Notes under the pieces: generated by a model
Told to the model about the DNA's origin: nothing
Seen by the model: the letters and a program-made list of their open reading frames with translations, nothing else
Databases searched by the model: none
Part shown: in pieces, positions 25,632 through 36,915 of the stretch
How the letters are laid out: each line of letters starts with the position of its first letter
Numbering within the stretch: the stretch's first letter is position 1
Assembly (NCBI RefSeq): GCF_000181795.1
Contig: NW_003526940.1
Location: forward strand, 1,840,571-1,878,451
DNA: 37,881 nucleotides
Origin: Trichinella spiralis
Lineage: Eukaryota
Direction of reading: 5' to 3'
Program-made: the position numbers and the translations under genes

Positions 25632-27028
25632 CCCTTTCGGGCCCACCGTATCAATTTTGATACATAATGTTTTATGCCCCATAGCTATTTACTGAAATGT
25701 TTTTGTTAGCCATGCTTGTGTTTATGTATTTTTGACATTTGTCTTAACAATATTTTATTGCCATTTTTTTTCTCATCTTAGTAGATTTTTTATAATGCGC
25801 CCTACTGTGCAGGTAGGTGAGACGAAAAAACATGAATTTGCATTTTTATGTATAAATTGAGAACTGAGCAGAATTTAAGGATAATAATTTTTTTACTAGT
25901 AGATGCTGATGTGAAGATGATGTTAAAATTAATTGCAGCCTCTAAAGTTTTTGGGGTGCTGAGTAGAGTTCCTTAGAATACCTGTATCAATTTTGATACA
26001 CTGGGCTTTAACGGAAACTGCGCATCATGATTACTACCCTCAGCGTACTCAGATTCGCTTGCCCAACCCCGTATTACTTTTCTGAGAAAAATCATTTAGG
26101 ATGTCTAATGAATTATTGTCAGATGCAATCAATAACATTTCTAAAAGTTTTGCACCATCGCTCATATTTATTACTGAGATCGCGTCCTCACTACACGTCT
26201 AGTAGTTGCTGTAATTTGGTAGTTGCTGCCCCATGCACCTGTCAATAATTAAACGTTGGAATCCCAAACATTTAAAAAAATTACAACATGAATATGGGTG
26301 GTATAGACCTGAACAACATGCTTGCTGCTCTATACCGCATCGAACACAAAAGTCAAAAATGGAACCGTCGCATTTTCTTTTGGATCATCAGCACTGCCAT
26401 GACAAATGCATGGCAACTGTATAAGAGGGACAGAAAGGAGATGCCTGGAACATGCACAGGCACATTGGACCTACTAAGCTTCACTTGCCAAGTTAGTCAG
26501 TCCTTGTGTCTTGTGAACTTCCAGAAGCCATTCTCGTGCGTCTTCTCCAACGCCACCCCTGACGTCAAGACGATTGGGAAGACGACCAACTGACGTCTCA
26601 AGAGAAGTAGCAAAGGACCAAACTAGCCATTGGCCAGAAATCACTCAAACGCGAAGAAGATGCAGACTGTGTTCTAAGTTAGCCACGTGTCTGTGCAAAA
26701 AATGCAGTATTTACCTATGCCTAAGTAGCAACAGAAACTGCTTTACAGAATTTCATAAATAATTATTTGCCTGCCAATTACTGCATGCCTGCGTACATAA
26801 GAACAATAAGCGTATGCACAATTAGTTATAGAAACGTGTACTCCTTTGAGGCCCAGTGTATCAATTTTGATACAGCTCTAAAAATGGCAATATTATTATT
26901 CAAACAATAAATCCTATTAGAATTTTCATAGATAAATCCTATTAGAATTCATAGAATTACCATAACATGTTTAAAACGCATATTAAAAAAAATTTTGATT
27001 CACAGAAAAAATTGCTGGTCTGAAAGGG
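25632..27028 (+). mobile_element. Internally deleted piggyBac element with TTAA target-site duplication
   Basis: TTAA|CCCTTTC...GAAAGGG|TTAA. Internal inverted repeats containing the tgtatcaattttgataca palindrome lie at about 25649, 25983 and 26857. Empty site at 35168-35171. Confidence 0.92.
26282..26762 (+). pseudogene. piggyBac transposase C-terminal remnant (frameshifted)
   Basis: YNMNMGGIDL...KW.RRIFFW...NAW.LY, followed in another frame by the Cys-rich tail RRCRLC...CKKC..YLC...NCF..FH. Confidence 0.85.
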
Positions 27029-27394
27029 TTAACAAAGACGTTCTGTCTTCTCCCAATATAGTTCCAACTTCTACCCTCTACTCTAATAAGCAACTAAATC
27101 ATTGCCATTATAATTTCTACATAACAATTTAGTGACCGATAGTTAGCTATTATCTATGAAACGTTAGCCAATAAAAATCATTTGAAGTATATTGCCTTTT
27201 AGGCTAAATGCGTACCTTGTTCTTTCTTGTTGACTGTTATATGTTTAAATACTGGTTTATGAAAGAATTTAGGTGATCCAGCATTGTAGCTGCAATGAAT
27301 CCAACACTGGGTTATCAAAAGCAAAGCATGAGCTGCAGAAATGAATAGCAATTTCAGGAAATAATTCTCAAATTAACGGTGAGATAAGCATGCG

Positions 27395-27735
27395 AGTTGA
27401 GACATTATTATTATCATATAGGAATACACCACACAAGACAACAGGACGATCTCTGGCAGAATTACATGTGGGAAAAAGATAACCGATATTGTTGGACAGA
27501 ATTAAACTGGATTTGGATACCAAAAAAGACATCGAAATATGGAAGCAGAAAATTTATCATGATAACAAGAGCAAGAGCAGAGAATTCAGGATAGGAGAAG
27601 AAGTGTGGATAGCGAATGAGCTGAATAGAGGATGGAACCCAGGAATTATAGATCATCAGACAGGAGAATTGTCTTATGAAGTACTCGTGGCAGGAAAAAA
27701 TAGAAGCATGCGAATCAACTAAGGACGCGAAATGG
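27395..27735 (+). mobile_element. Gypsy/Ty3-type integrase C-terminal remnant, copy 1
   Basis: Frameshifted YRNTPHKTTGRS.AEL...LDRIK...HD..SKSREFRIGEEVW...W.PG.I...GELSYEV...KHANQL. Confidence 0.75.
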
Positions 27736-28600
27736 CACTTTGGATGTGTCAAACCGATTCTCAGAGAATGACACAGAAATCAGAAGACAGCAAAATAGCA
27801 CTTTAAATGAACAAAGTCTTCCACGCAGCAGTCGCAGGCGCTGCATTATCCCCGCTAGAGTAATAGTCAGAAAGTCAGTAGTCACCCTGAAAACAAAAAA
27901 TATTGATACGTCCTTTTTGATATTAATATGTTAATTTTGCATATATTAAAAAATGACACTAATCGAAGTAAAAAGTGAACATCAATGTACTTGTGGAACC
28001 CGTTGCCAACAGTGTTTTGAATTTTATGGAAACAATTTTTTCAGATGATACATTTCTTTATACAGGTGCAACAACGATTTGTAAAAAGGTTTTGCCGTTT
28101 TTTATGAGTATGTTTCAAAGAAATAGAAAAAGCAGCGAAATATATCTGTTGCTTTTCTATTTTTAATGGTAAAGAGTGAAAATCGTAGCTGTACAAATGT
28201 GTGTCCTAAGATTTCTTACAATGTGTTTGTATGCCTGCACTATTTTAAAAATGGCAGAATAGCGGAATTTTTATAACATTACACAATGATATGCATGAAA
28301 TGCCTAGATTTGCTTTTTGCAAATAAATTTTAGTGTTGAACCTGATTTTAGTCCAATGATTTATTTGAATGTGCATAATCATTAGGAACATGCAATTTGC
28401 TACTGCAATAGCTATTTGTATTACAATACAGCATCAGAATTATTACTAACGTTTTAAAATATTGAAACTTTATTTATGTTAATGAAGATTGAGATTGCAA
28501 ATTTAATAATATTTATGTTTCAAACAAATTAATTGGTACTGAATGTTACCGTTGCATAGCATAACAGTGCAAATTATTAAAAATTATAAAAAATTAAAAA

Positions 28601-31600
28601 GGGGTAGACTCATTTTTGCCATCATAGACATGCCGCCTCGAAATTTGATTGGCTATGAATTTCCTATCCAAATTTAATTGGCTTTAAATTTCATTGGTTT
28701 ACAAGCTGACTAACTTTCATTGATTGTCGTTGTGATGAATTTTATTTGTTATCGCGCTGCGAAATTTCACTGGTTGTGGCTGTGATGAATTTTATTTGTT
28801 TTCGCAAACCTAAATTTTACTGGTTGTCGTTGTAATGCGTTCTATTTGTCAAATTTCGGTTTCTATTCAATGGTCAGTTTTCTGATATTCAAAGCTATAC
28901 TATTTATATCCTATATATATTTAAAAAATTACTGTTTAATGGTACTTATTTAATGAAATTAATTACAATTAATTATTTAATAATATTCAGTAAAATGGTG
29001 AATCCACCGCGCAAGTTTCCAAGTGATCTTTCTTACTAATAGCATCCGTAGCTTTTAAATTTGTACACATTGCACCCCTGCAGCCTATTTTATATCAAAA
29101 TAAACTATTCTTTAAAAACAGTAAACACATGATGCACATTGAGTGTACACTTTGGAACATCCCTGATGTTTCTTCTGTTTGCCGGTGTTTCATTTTGTAT
29201 GCCCTCGCTTCAAAAACAAAGGACGTTTTACTGCAACGGTTGCTTACAAGAAGCAAATCAGAATTATCAGACATAAAGAGAACAAGGAATAGTAAAAGAA
29301 AAAATTTTCGTCTGAGACCTTAAACATTGTCCATAGGAATATCAACCTTCTCCTATGTTTTGTAACTGAATGTTTTGCTTGTTCAAATTTTTTCTCTATT
29401 CAATGTCCACTTCCATGCAAGATGTAGGAAAATCGATAATCTGTCTGAAAATTTTGGAAATGGGGCCAACAGTTTTAATTTATCCACAAATGGCGCACCA
29501 AAGCTGATATCAAAGTATGCAATATCCTCTGCCCCGTGAAATGAAAAAGCTTCAGCAGCTGTTCTGCTTGGTGCTGTCCAACGCTTTCTTTCCGCTTTCT
29601 AAGTGCTTTACTTTTATCCATCCACGTTGATAAATATTGTTTCAAAGAATGTCAACCAACAGTTGCTTTGCTCGTAAGATAAATTACGTTTTAGCTAGCA
29701 ATTTAACGAGATTTATGCACAAGATGCTTTTCATTTTGTCAGAAACTTTTCTGAAGAGTAGCTAAGGGCTATTCAAGTACAAAGGAAAATTGAACAAGTG
29801 ATAAATTGTCCACAGCTGTAGCTATTCAGCTGAAAGTAGAAGTGGTGATTGCTGAATGTTAGCATCGAAATACTTTTCTGATTTTAGCTGGACTGTTATC
29901 TAAAAATGTTTCTGGTTTCGATGAGAATTTTATCTTTACTCTCTTCACTGTTTCTTTGACTTCCGTTCACCAGAGTTATTGTTTTTCTTCTTATGTTTCA
30001 TGTTAATAAAAAAATAAAAATCTTGAATTTTATTTAAAAATAAAGAAACATGTGGTTGTACATTTTGTGTAAATTTTAAACTGTTTTTCAACATCTGAAC
30101 TAAACTGACTAGTGCGTTGGTGTACACTTAAGTTGCCATTACTTTACCATTTGCATTTGTAACCTTCCAACTTGTATTTTCAATGATAACGAAATGTTGA
30201 AGGGAATAACGAGACTAAACCGGCAAATTTCAACAAGCAACAAAGTTAGTTACAAACCGTAGGAGCAGAATTTTATATATAATCAGAGGTGAACCCCGTT
30301 TTCACCATTTTACCAGTTTTCTGTTCTGTGTGCTTGACTTCGATTCATCTTCTCTCATGGCTGCTGATTTGCATTTGGTTTTAAATAATCGAAATAACTA
30401 TAACTTAGTGTATGAAGGTAGAGTTCACCTCCTAAGACACACAAATTTTGAAGACAAACAGTGGGTTTGCCAACGGGTAAATAATATTTCATTATTATAA
30501 TATGCTATTTTTATCAGTCAGCATTCTGATTTCTCATGCAGGTGAGAAGTGGATGTAGAGGTACAGTTTACACCAACCTCGAAGTAAACACGGTTTTGAG
30601 AACAGCACCGCATGCAGTAACGTGCACTGCCGACGACTACATATTGTATAAAATGGAGAAGAAGAACACTCTTTAACGCCGCGCAGGGGAGGAAACGAAG
30701 CCAGTGCCGCAGATATATAACGAAGAATGTAGCAATGCATCCACCAGTTTGGAAACTGCTGGTCAGTTTCCAACATACAAAAAAGTGGAAGCGGCCTTGT
30801 ACAGAAGCCGGGCCAAACGTTTTCCACCACTGCCAGCAACACGCCAGCAGCTGGAAATTCCAACACCCTGGCGTGTTACGAAGTCTGGCCGGCAGTTTTT
30901 GATGTATAATAATGTACATAATTCTGTTTTAATATTTTGTACAGATGAAAATATACGGGAGTTGGCTGGACATACTGTCTGGTGCATGGATGGAACATTT
31001 AAAATTGTTCCTGAATGGTACCATCAGATGTTCAGCATTCATGTGTTTAAAGAAGGTAAATTAATACCACTTGTATATTGTTTAACAGTTAGAAGAGATC
31101 TCCCAACATATCATGAAATTTTTGATAATTTAATTTTAAAAGCGGCAGCGTTAGGGGTTGTCCTTCAGCCGCAAACTGTGATTTGCGATTTCGAAACTGC
31201 CCTTATCCCTGCGGTGCAGGCATCGTTCCCGGGCGTTCAAATACAAGGTTGCTATTTTCACTTCTGCCAAGCAGTTTTGCGGAAAGTGGCAGAGCTTGGA
31301 TTGCGAACCAGGTACCTTCACGAAGCGGAAACAAAAAAGAAGATCAAAATGCTGATGGCAACAGCATTTTTGCCACTTCCTGAGGTACCTGCTGCCGTGG
31401 GTCTGCTTGGCAGAAACGTTACGGGTCTAATAGCAGCCTTGTTTGATTACTCCCGAAGAGAATGGATGACCCCCAACAAGCTGCCGTTATGGAATGTATA
31501 TAATGTACAGACACGAACAAATAATCACTTAGAAGGCTGGCACTTGAAAATGAACCGGCAAGCGGGGAAACATCACCTCAGCTTTTATGAACTGCTCCAA

Positions 31601-32520
31601 TTGCTGATTGATGAGCAAGGATCAACGGAAACGTTGATTCAGCAGGTGACGTCAGGACGCGTTACCGCCAACGATTTACGAATAAAGAACAGTAAATATG
31701 AAGAGGTGCAGCTACGCATAACAGCGTTGACTGCTGAATATGATGGCGGAACGCGTACAATGGAGCAGTTCTTAAAAGCTGTTGCGTATGATGTCCCTGA
31801 GCCGATTAACTTCTGAGTGCCACCTTCCCTGCACCTTTAATTTGTATTTTCTTATTCTTCGTAGTGTTTATTCTTGTTTGTATTATAGTATATCATATTG
31901 CAATGTCTTGTATTGTGTTGTATTATAATGTTGTATTGTATTGTCTTCTATATAGTTTTATAGTTTTTACCACTGAATAAATTTTCACCACTGAAAATTA
32001 TAATTATCTAATTCACAACTTGGAAAGGAAACTTTTGAACAAGTTCTATAAAATGCTGTATAGTACACAAGCAATAAACTGAGTTAGCATACCTTAAAGA
32101 TAAGCAAATTTCTAAGGTGTGATCAGCATATACACAAAAATATAATCTGAAGAAAATTTGCTTTTAAGATTATAATTTTGAAATGATAGTCAACTTTTAA
32201 TTTTACTTAATGCTACTACAAATATATGTGGAATAAAAAAAGTTAAGCTTTGAATATCAGAAAACTGACCATTGAAGAGACACCGAAATTCGACATATAG
32301 AAAGCACTACAACGACAACCATTAAAATTTAGGTTTGCGAAAACAAATGAAATTTATCACAACCACAACCAGTGAAATTTAGCCGCGCGACAACAAAGAA
32401 AATTCACCACAACGACCACCACTAAAATTTAGTTGCGCTCATTGGCTTGAAAACCAATAAAATTTAAAGCCAATCAAATTTTGAGCGGCATGCCTTTGAT
32501 GGCAAAAACGAGACTAAACC
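28601..32520 (+). mobile_element. Complete Mutator-like element (MULE) with long TIRs and 9-bp TSD
   Basis: TSD AATTAAAAA at 28592-28600 and 32521-32529. Imperfect TIRs of about 280-295 bp (28601 to about 28896; about 32247 to 32520) with internal tandem units. Contains a MULE transposase. Confidence 0.92.
30357..31816 (+). pseudogene. FLYWCH-like zinc finger plus MULE transposase, one intron, one premature stop
   Basis: ATG 30357, intron 30477-30541, WVC...GCRG...H finger, in-frame TAA at 30674-30676. MULE motifs MDGTFK, CDFE, GCYFHFCQ (CxxH) and TNNHLEGWH. Confidence 0.85.
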
Positions 32521-33132
32521 AATTAAAAACAATCTTTTAACATTCGTACACATTCGCAATCAGAACGTTTCACATTCGAAAATGGTAGCATGATCAGCGC
32601 ATCAGAGAAAGGCGGTTAGGTTATTCACGGTGAACAGTAAAAGTTGTTCTCGTTGAACAGTAATCAAGGAAGATGGACAGTAAGCTTTCCATTCGTGGAG
32701 GAAATATTCTTCTGAATGCGTTTCAAAGCCGCTGCAGCACATAATGCGTGTGGCATCATTGCACTTATTTACGTCCAAAAATACGTAACTGGAGATACAT
32801 TTGTCTGAATTTCCTCCATTAATGTCAGATACAGTTGGTTGCAGAATAGCTGAAAATGGAATGGATTTCTTTTATGAAAGTTTCTAACATGGCAATTTCA
32901 ATTCATACTTGTAAATATTTATCAAAAATTATGAATATTGAAATTGTTCATTTAATAAAATAACAACAATATCATTTTTACATTCAAGTAACTGTTTCAA
33001 ATTTTATGCATCATATAGAGTTGACCGTAATCAAAATAATTTTTAAATAATTAAGTATGAAATATAAGAATATAATGAAAAGAATAATGAATGAATAAGC
33101 GGATGAGCAGTAGAAAAGAGTGATGGTGGTGG

Positions 33133-33630
33133 TTATTCTGCAGTCATTTCTACACCAGTAGTGCAGCCAGATACAAATTCACTATAGCAAGATTGGAAAA
33201 ACTTTTCACACAATGTTGCAGCTCCATGGCAGCTGTGAGTGAAAAGCCAAACAAAAAAAATGCATTTCAACAGCCAATAGATAGGCAAAATGCAGTTAAT
33301 GCTTTCAGCAAAAAAATCAGTAATAGTGAACAATCCAAAAATTACCCAATAAAACATCCATTACTTGCATTTGCTTTTCTTATTTGATTCCATCTCTGCT
33401 AAAGTTTTCATTGCTGGATAGACAAAGCAAATCAAATTGCACAACAATTCTGTTAAACTTGGGACAAAAATCAAAGCCGTTACAAGCACGCTCACCAAAA
33501 TGCCTGCGGCTTCTTTTCGACCGCGACCAGATCTTTTTTCAATTTCATCAAATAGTTTTCCAACTGTTCCACTGTCATTGTTAACAGCATTGCTAACATC
33601 TTTGAAAACGCTGTGAACAGTTTTGGCCAT
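33133..33630 (-). pseudogene. Second intronless REEP/DP1 paralog with an in-frame stop
   Basis: MAKTVH...LCNLICFVYPAMKTL...CK*WMFYWVIFGLF. TAA at 33363-33361 aligns with CAA (Gln) in the 24.9-kb paralog. Confidence 0.85.
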
Positions 33631-33838
33631 TTCCAAGCAATTCATAGAGCATTTGTTCACTTGACGCAATAGGGGAATACTAATTACTGTAAAGAATTGT
33701 CTGTAAATGTAAATGACATTTTAAAATAAACTGGTTAACTTTAATTTTAAACTTCACTTCAAATGATAGAAGTTATTCTACTGAAAAAAAACTCTGGAAG
33801 TTATAACATGTAAATGTATGGCACTTATTCAAATTCAA

Positions 33839-33843
<5 letters not shown>

Positions 33844-33901
<58 letters not shown>
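33844..33901. repeat. (TA)n microsatellite
   Basis: Uninterrupted TA run of about 58 bp. Confidence 0.95.
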
Positions 33902-33902
<1 letters not shown>

Positions 33903-34821
33903 CAGCATTATTTTCTAAGTAAGAGGTTCAGAACGGTTGCAGACAAATTTAAATTTCTGATCATGATAAAAATGCAAATAGTTACAGATGCAGCATTATA
34001 ATAAACAATAAGCATACATTTTAGTTGTTTAAACTTTAAACAGTGTGAACTTTAAACATTGAGCAATTTAGATTTTGCAGGAGAACTTTTCATTTAGTAT
34101 CCGTGTGGCATCCACGGTGTTTGGTCCGTTTTGTTATACCCATGAAGAAAATTTTCCACCTTTTTTTTCCTGATTTATTTGAAGAGAAAGATTCAAAGGC
34201 TATGGGAAAAAATAACTTCAGAGGTACGCTAATGGACTACGTTAAATTTACAGAAGAGTTATATGAAGCCCGTGAGAAGAGACGTGCGCTCAGAGAGAAA
34301 AGAGATGAAGAGAATGCCAAATGTCGTGAAAACTGTGACCTAGCTGGCGAATACCACAAGAAGAAATAATTTATTTATGATAATTTACTGTATTTTATGT
34401 TTCATTTAGGTGTTTTTGTTTGTAAAAATATTTCAATTTTTTTACTTTGTTCACTATAAATAAATAATTTTTTCAAAACAAAAATAATAAATTTTGAATA
34501 AATTTTCAAAATAAATTTTAAACACAATCAGTATTTCGTTTTTTGCTGTTGAATTGCTTAGCAGTTTTTGCTCTTTTTCTTTATAATTTGCATATTCTCA
34601 GTTTGTCCCAACTCAACTGCAACCATTACTTTTTATCTTAATTTCATTGGCTACAACTGCTGACAGAACATTAGTCGTTTGATTAGTTATGTTATTGTTC
34701 CTGCAATAATTGGAGAAATGACAATAACAGTTGGTTCAATACTCCTCTTCTACTTCTTTGACGAACAGAACGAAGAAAGCCATTGCGAACATGTCTAATT
34801 ATAAAATGTATCCATAATGAT

Positions 34822-34986
34822 GGTTTGGTACTACTCGGTCCCGCTTTTCTCTCATTGGTCATTACCCACGCTATTTTATTGGACCGTCAAATCTTAATCA
34901 CAACTGAAGAGTTTGAATCAATGAGCAATTAGACAAAAAAAAACAATGCGACAAAGACTTCACTGAGGAATTAGACAAAGAAAACC
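34822..34986. mobile_element. Second copy of the 2931-3212 MITE, cut by a scaffold gap
   Basis: Near-identical to 2931-3095 and starts at the same GGTTTGGTACTACTC, with unrelated flank. Confidence 0.85.
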
Positions 34987-34996
34987 NNNNNNNNNN

Positions 34997-35959
34997 TTTT
35001 TCCATTTTGGAAAAGGCACATATGAATAAATGGCTAATTTTGAACCAACGAACAAAATAAAAACTGATGACCGATTAAGGTGCCATATTTATAAGGAACA
35101 TTATGCAAAAAGTTTTCCCATATTCCAGCATTCCCACATGTACGCGACAATTTGTATTTAATTTTCATTAACAAAGACGTTCTGTCTTCTCCCAATATAG
35201 TTCCAACTTCTACCCTCTACTCTAATAAGCAACTAAATCATTGCCATTATAATTTCTACATAACAATTTAGTGACCGATAGTTAGCTATTATCTATGAAA
35301 CGTTAGCCAATAAAAATCATTTGAAGTATATTGCCTTTTAGGCTAAATGCGTACCTTGTTCTTTCTTGTTGACTGTTATATGTTTAAATACTGGTTTATG
35401 AAAGAATTTAGGTGATCCAGCATTGTAGTCTGCAATGAATCCAACACTGGGTTATCAAAAGCAAAGCATGAGCTGCAGAAATGAATAGCAATTTCAGGAA
35501 ATAATTCTCAAATTAACGGTGAGATAAGCATGCGAGTTGAGACATTATTATTATCATATAGGAATACACCACACAAGACAACAGGACGATCTCTGGCAGA
35601 ATTACATGTGGGAAAAAGATAACCGATATTGTTGGACAGAATTAAACTGGATTTGGATACCAAAAAAGACATCGAAATATGGAAGCAGAAAATTTATCAT
35701 GATAACAAGAGCAAGAGCAGAGAATTCAGGATAGGAGAAGAAGTGTGGATAGCGAATGAGCTGAATAGAGGATGGAACCCAGGGATTATAGATCATCAGA
35801 CAGGAGAATTGTCTTATGAAGTACTCGTGGCAGGAAAAAACAGAAGCATGCGAATCAACTAAGGACGCGAAATGGCACTTTGGATGTGTCAAACCGATTC
35901 TCAGAGAATGACACAGAAATCAGAAGACAGCAAAATAGCACTTTAAATGAACAAAGTCT
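34997..35959 (+). repeat. Duplicate of 25467-25631 plus 27033-27819 lacking the piggyBac insertion; includes Gypsy remnant copy 2
   Basis: Direct near-identity. The junction reads attttcaTTAAcaaagacg. Confidence 0.9.
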
Positions 35960-36049
35960 GAGACGCAGCAGTTGCAGGCGCTACACTCTGGAAAAATGGC
36001 AAGACTACATGATATTAGCAACTCAAAAAGAATGAAACGAAGGAGAAAA

Positions 36050-36198
36050 TGTAGCATATGTACTTAATCTGTTAAAAAATGAGCATTGCACATGAGTATC
36101 TCATAAATACAGTAGGCATGTTGTTGTGCTTTTTTGGTGTTTGTGTTTGTGTGTGTGTGTCTGCTGTAGTAAAGTGCTTCATCTAGAAGTGACCTACA
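36050..36198 (+). mobile_element. Candidate short 3' LTR of the Gypsy remnant (repeated at about 36679-36827)
   Basis: A purine tract gaaggagaaaa immediately precedes TGTAG...CTACA, downstream of the integrase remnant. Confidence 0.45.
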
Positions 36199-36302
36199 TC
36201 TTACGTATTTGATATTGGAAAAACAAATTCAATACAATTTACACAAAATGTACTAGAAATTTATATTTTTGAACATAAATTTCCAGGATTTCNNNNNNNN
36301 NN

Positions 36303-36915
36303 GAAATATGGAAGCAGAAAATTTATCATGATAACAAGAGCAAGAGCAGAGAATTCAGGATAGGAGAAGAAGTGTGGATAGCGAATGAGCTGAATAGAGG
36401 ATGGAACCCAGGGATTATAGATCATCAGACAGGAGAATTGTCTTATGAAGTACTCGTGGCAGGAAAAAATAGAAGCATGCGAATCAACTAAGGACGCGAA
36501 ATGGCACTTTGGATGTGTCAAACCGATTCTCAGAGAATGACACAGAAATCAGAAGACAGCAAAATAGCACTTTAAATGAACAAAGTCTGAGACGCAGCAG
36601 TTGCAGGCGCTACACTCTGGAAAAATGGCAAGACTACATGATATTAGCAACTCAAAAAGAATGAAACGAAGGAGAAAATGTAGCATATGTACTTAATCTG
36701 TTAAAAAATGAGCATTGCACATGAGTATCTCATAAATACAGTAGGCATGTTGTTGTGCTTTTTTGGTGTTTGTGTTTGTGTGTGTGTGTCTGCTGTAGTA
36801 AAGTGCTTCATCTAGAAGTGACCTACATCTTACGTATTTGATATTGAAAAACAAATTCAATACAATTTACACAACATGTACTAGAATTTATATTTTGAAC
36901 ATAATTCCAGATTTC
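36303..36915 (+). repeat. Tandem duplicate of about 35674-36292 across an N gap (Gypsy remnant copy 3); possibly an assembly overlap
   Basis: Near-identical sequence on both sides of the gap at 36293-36302, differing mostly by homopolymer indels near the contig end. Confidence 0.8.

Noticed and set aside
28700..28850. Roughly 43-bp repeats resembling a CRISPR array
   Set aside because: Eukaryotic context, no unique spacers, and they are mirrored in the opposite MULE TIR.
36303..36915. Tandem duplication as a biological array
   Set aside because: It straddles a 10-N gap with homopolymer discrepancies at the contig end, so unmerged overlapping contigs are more likely.
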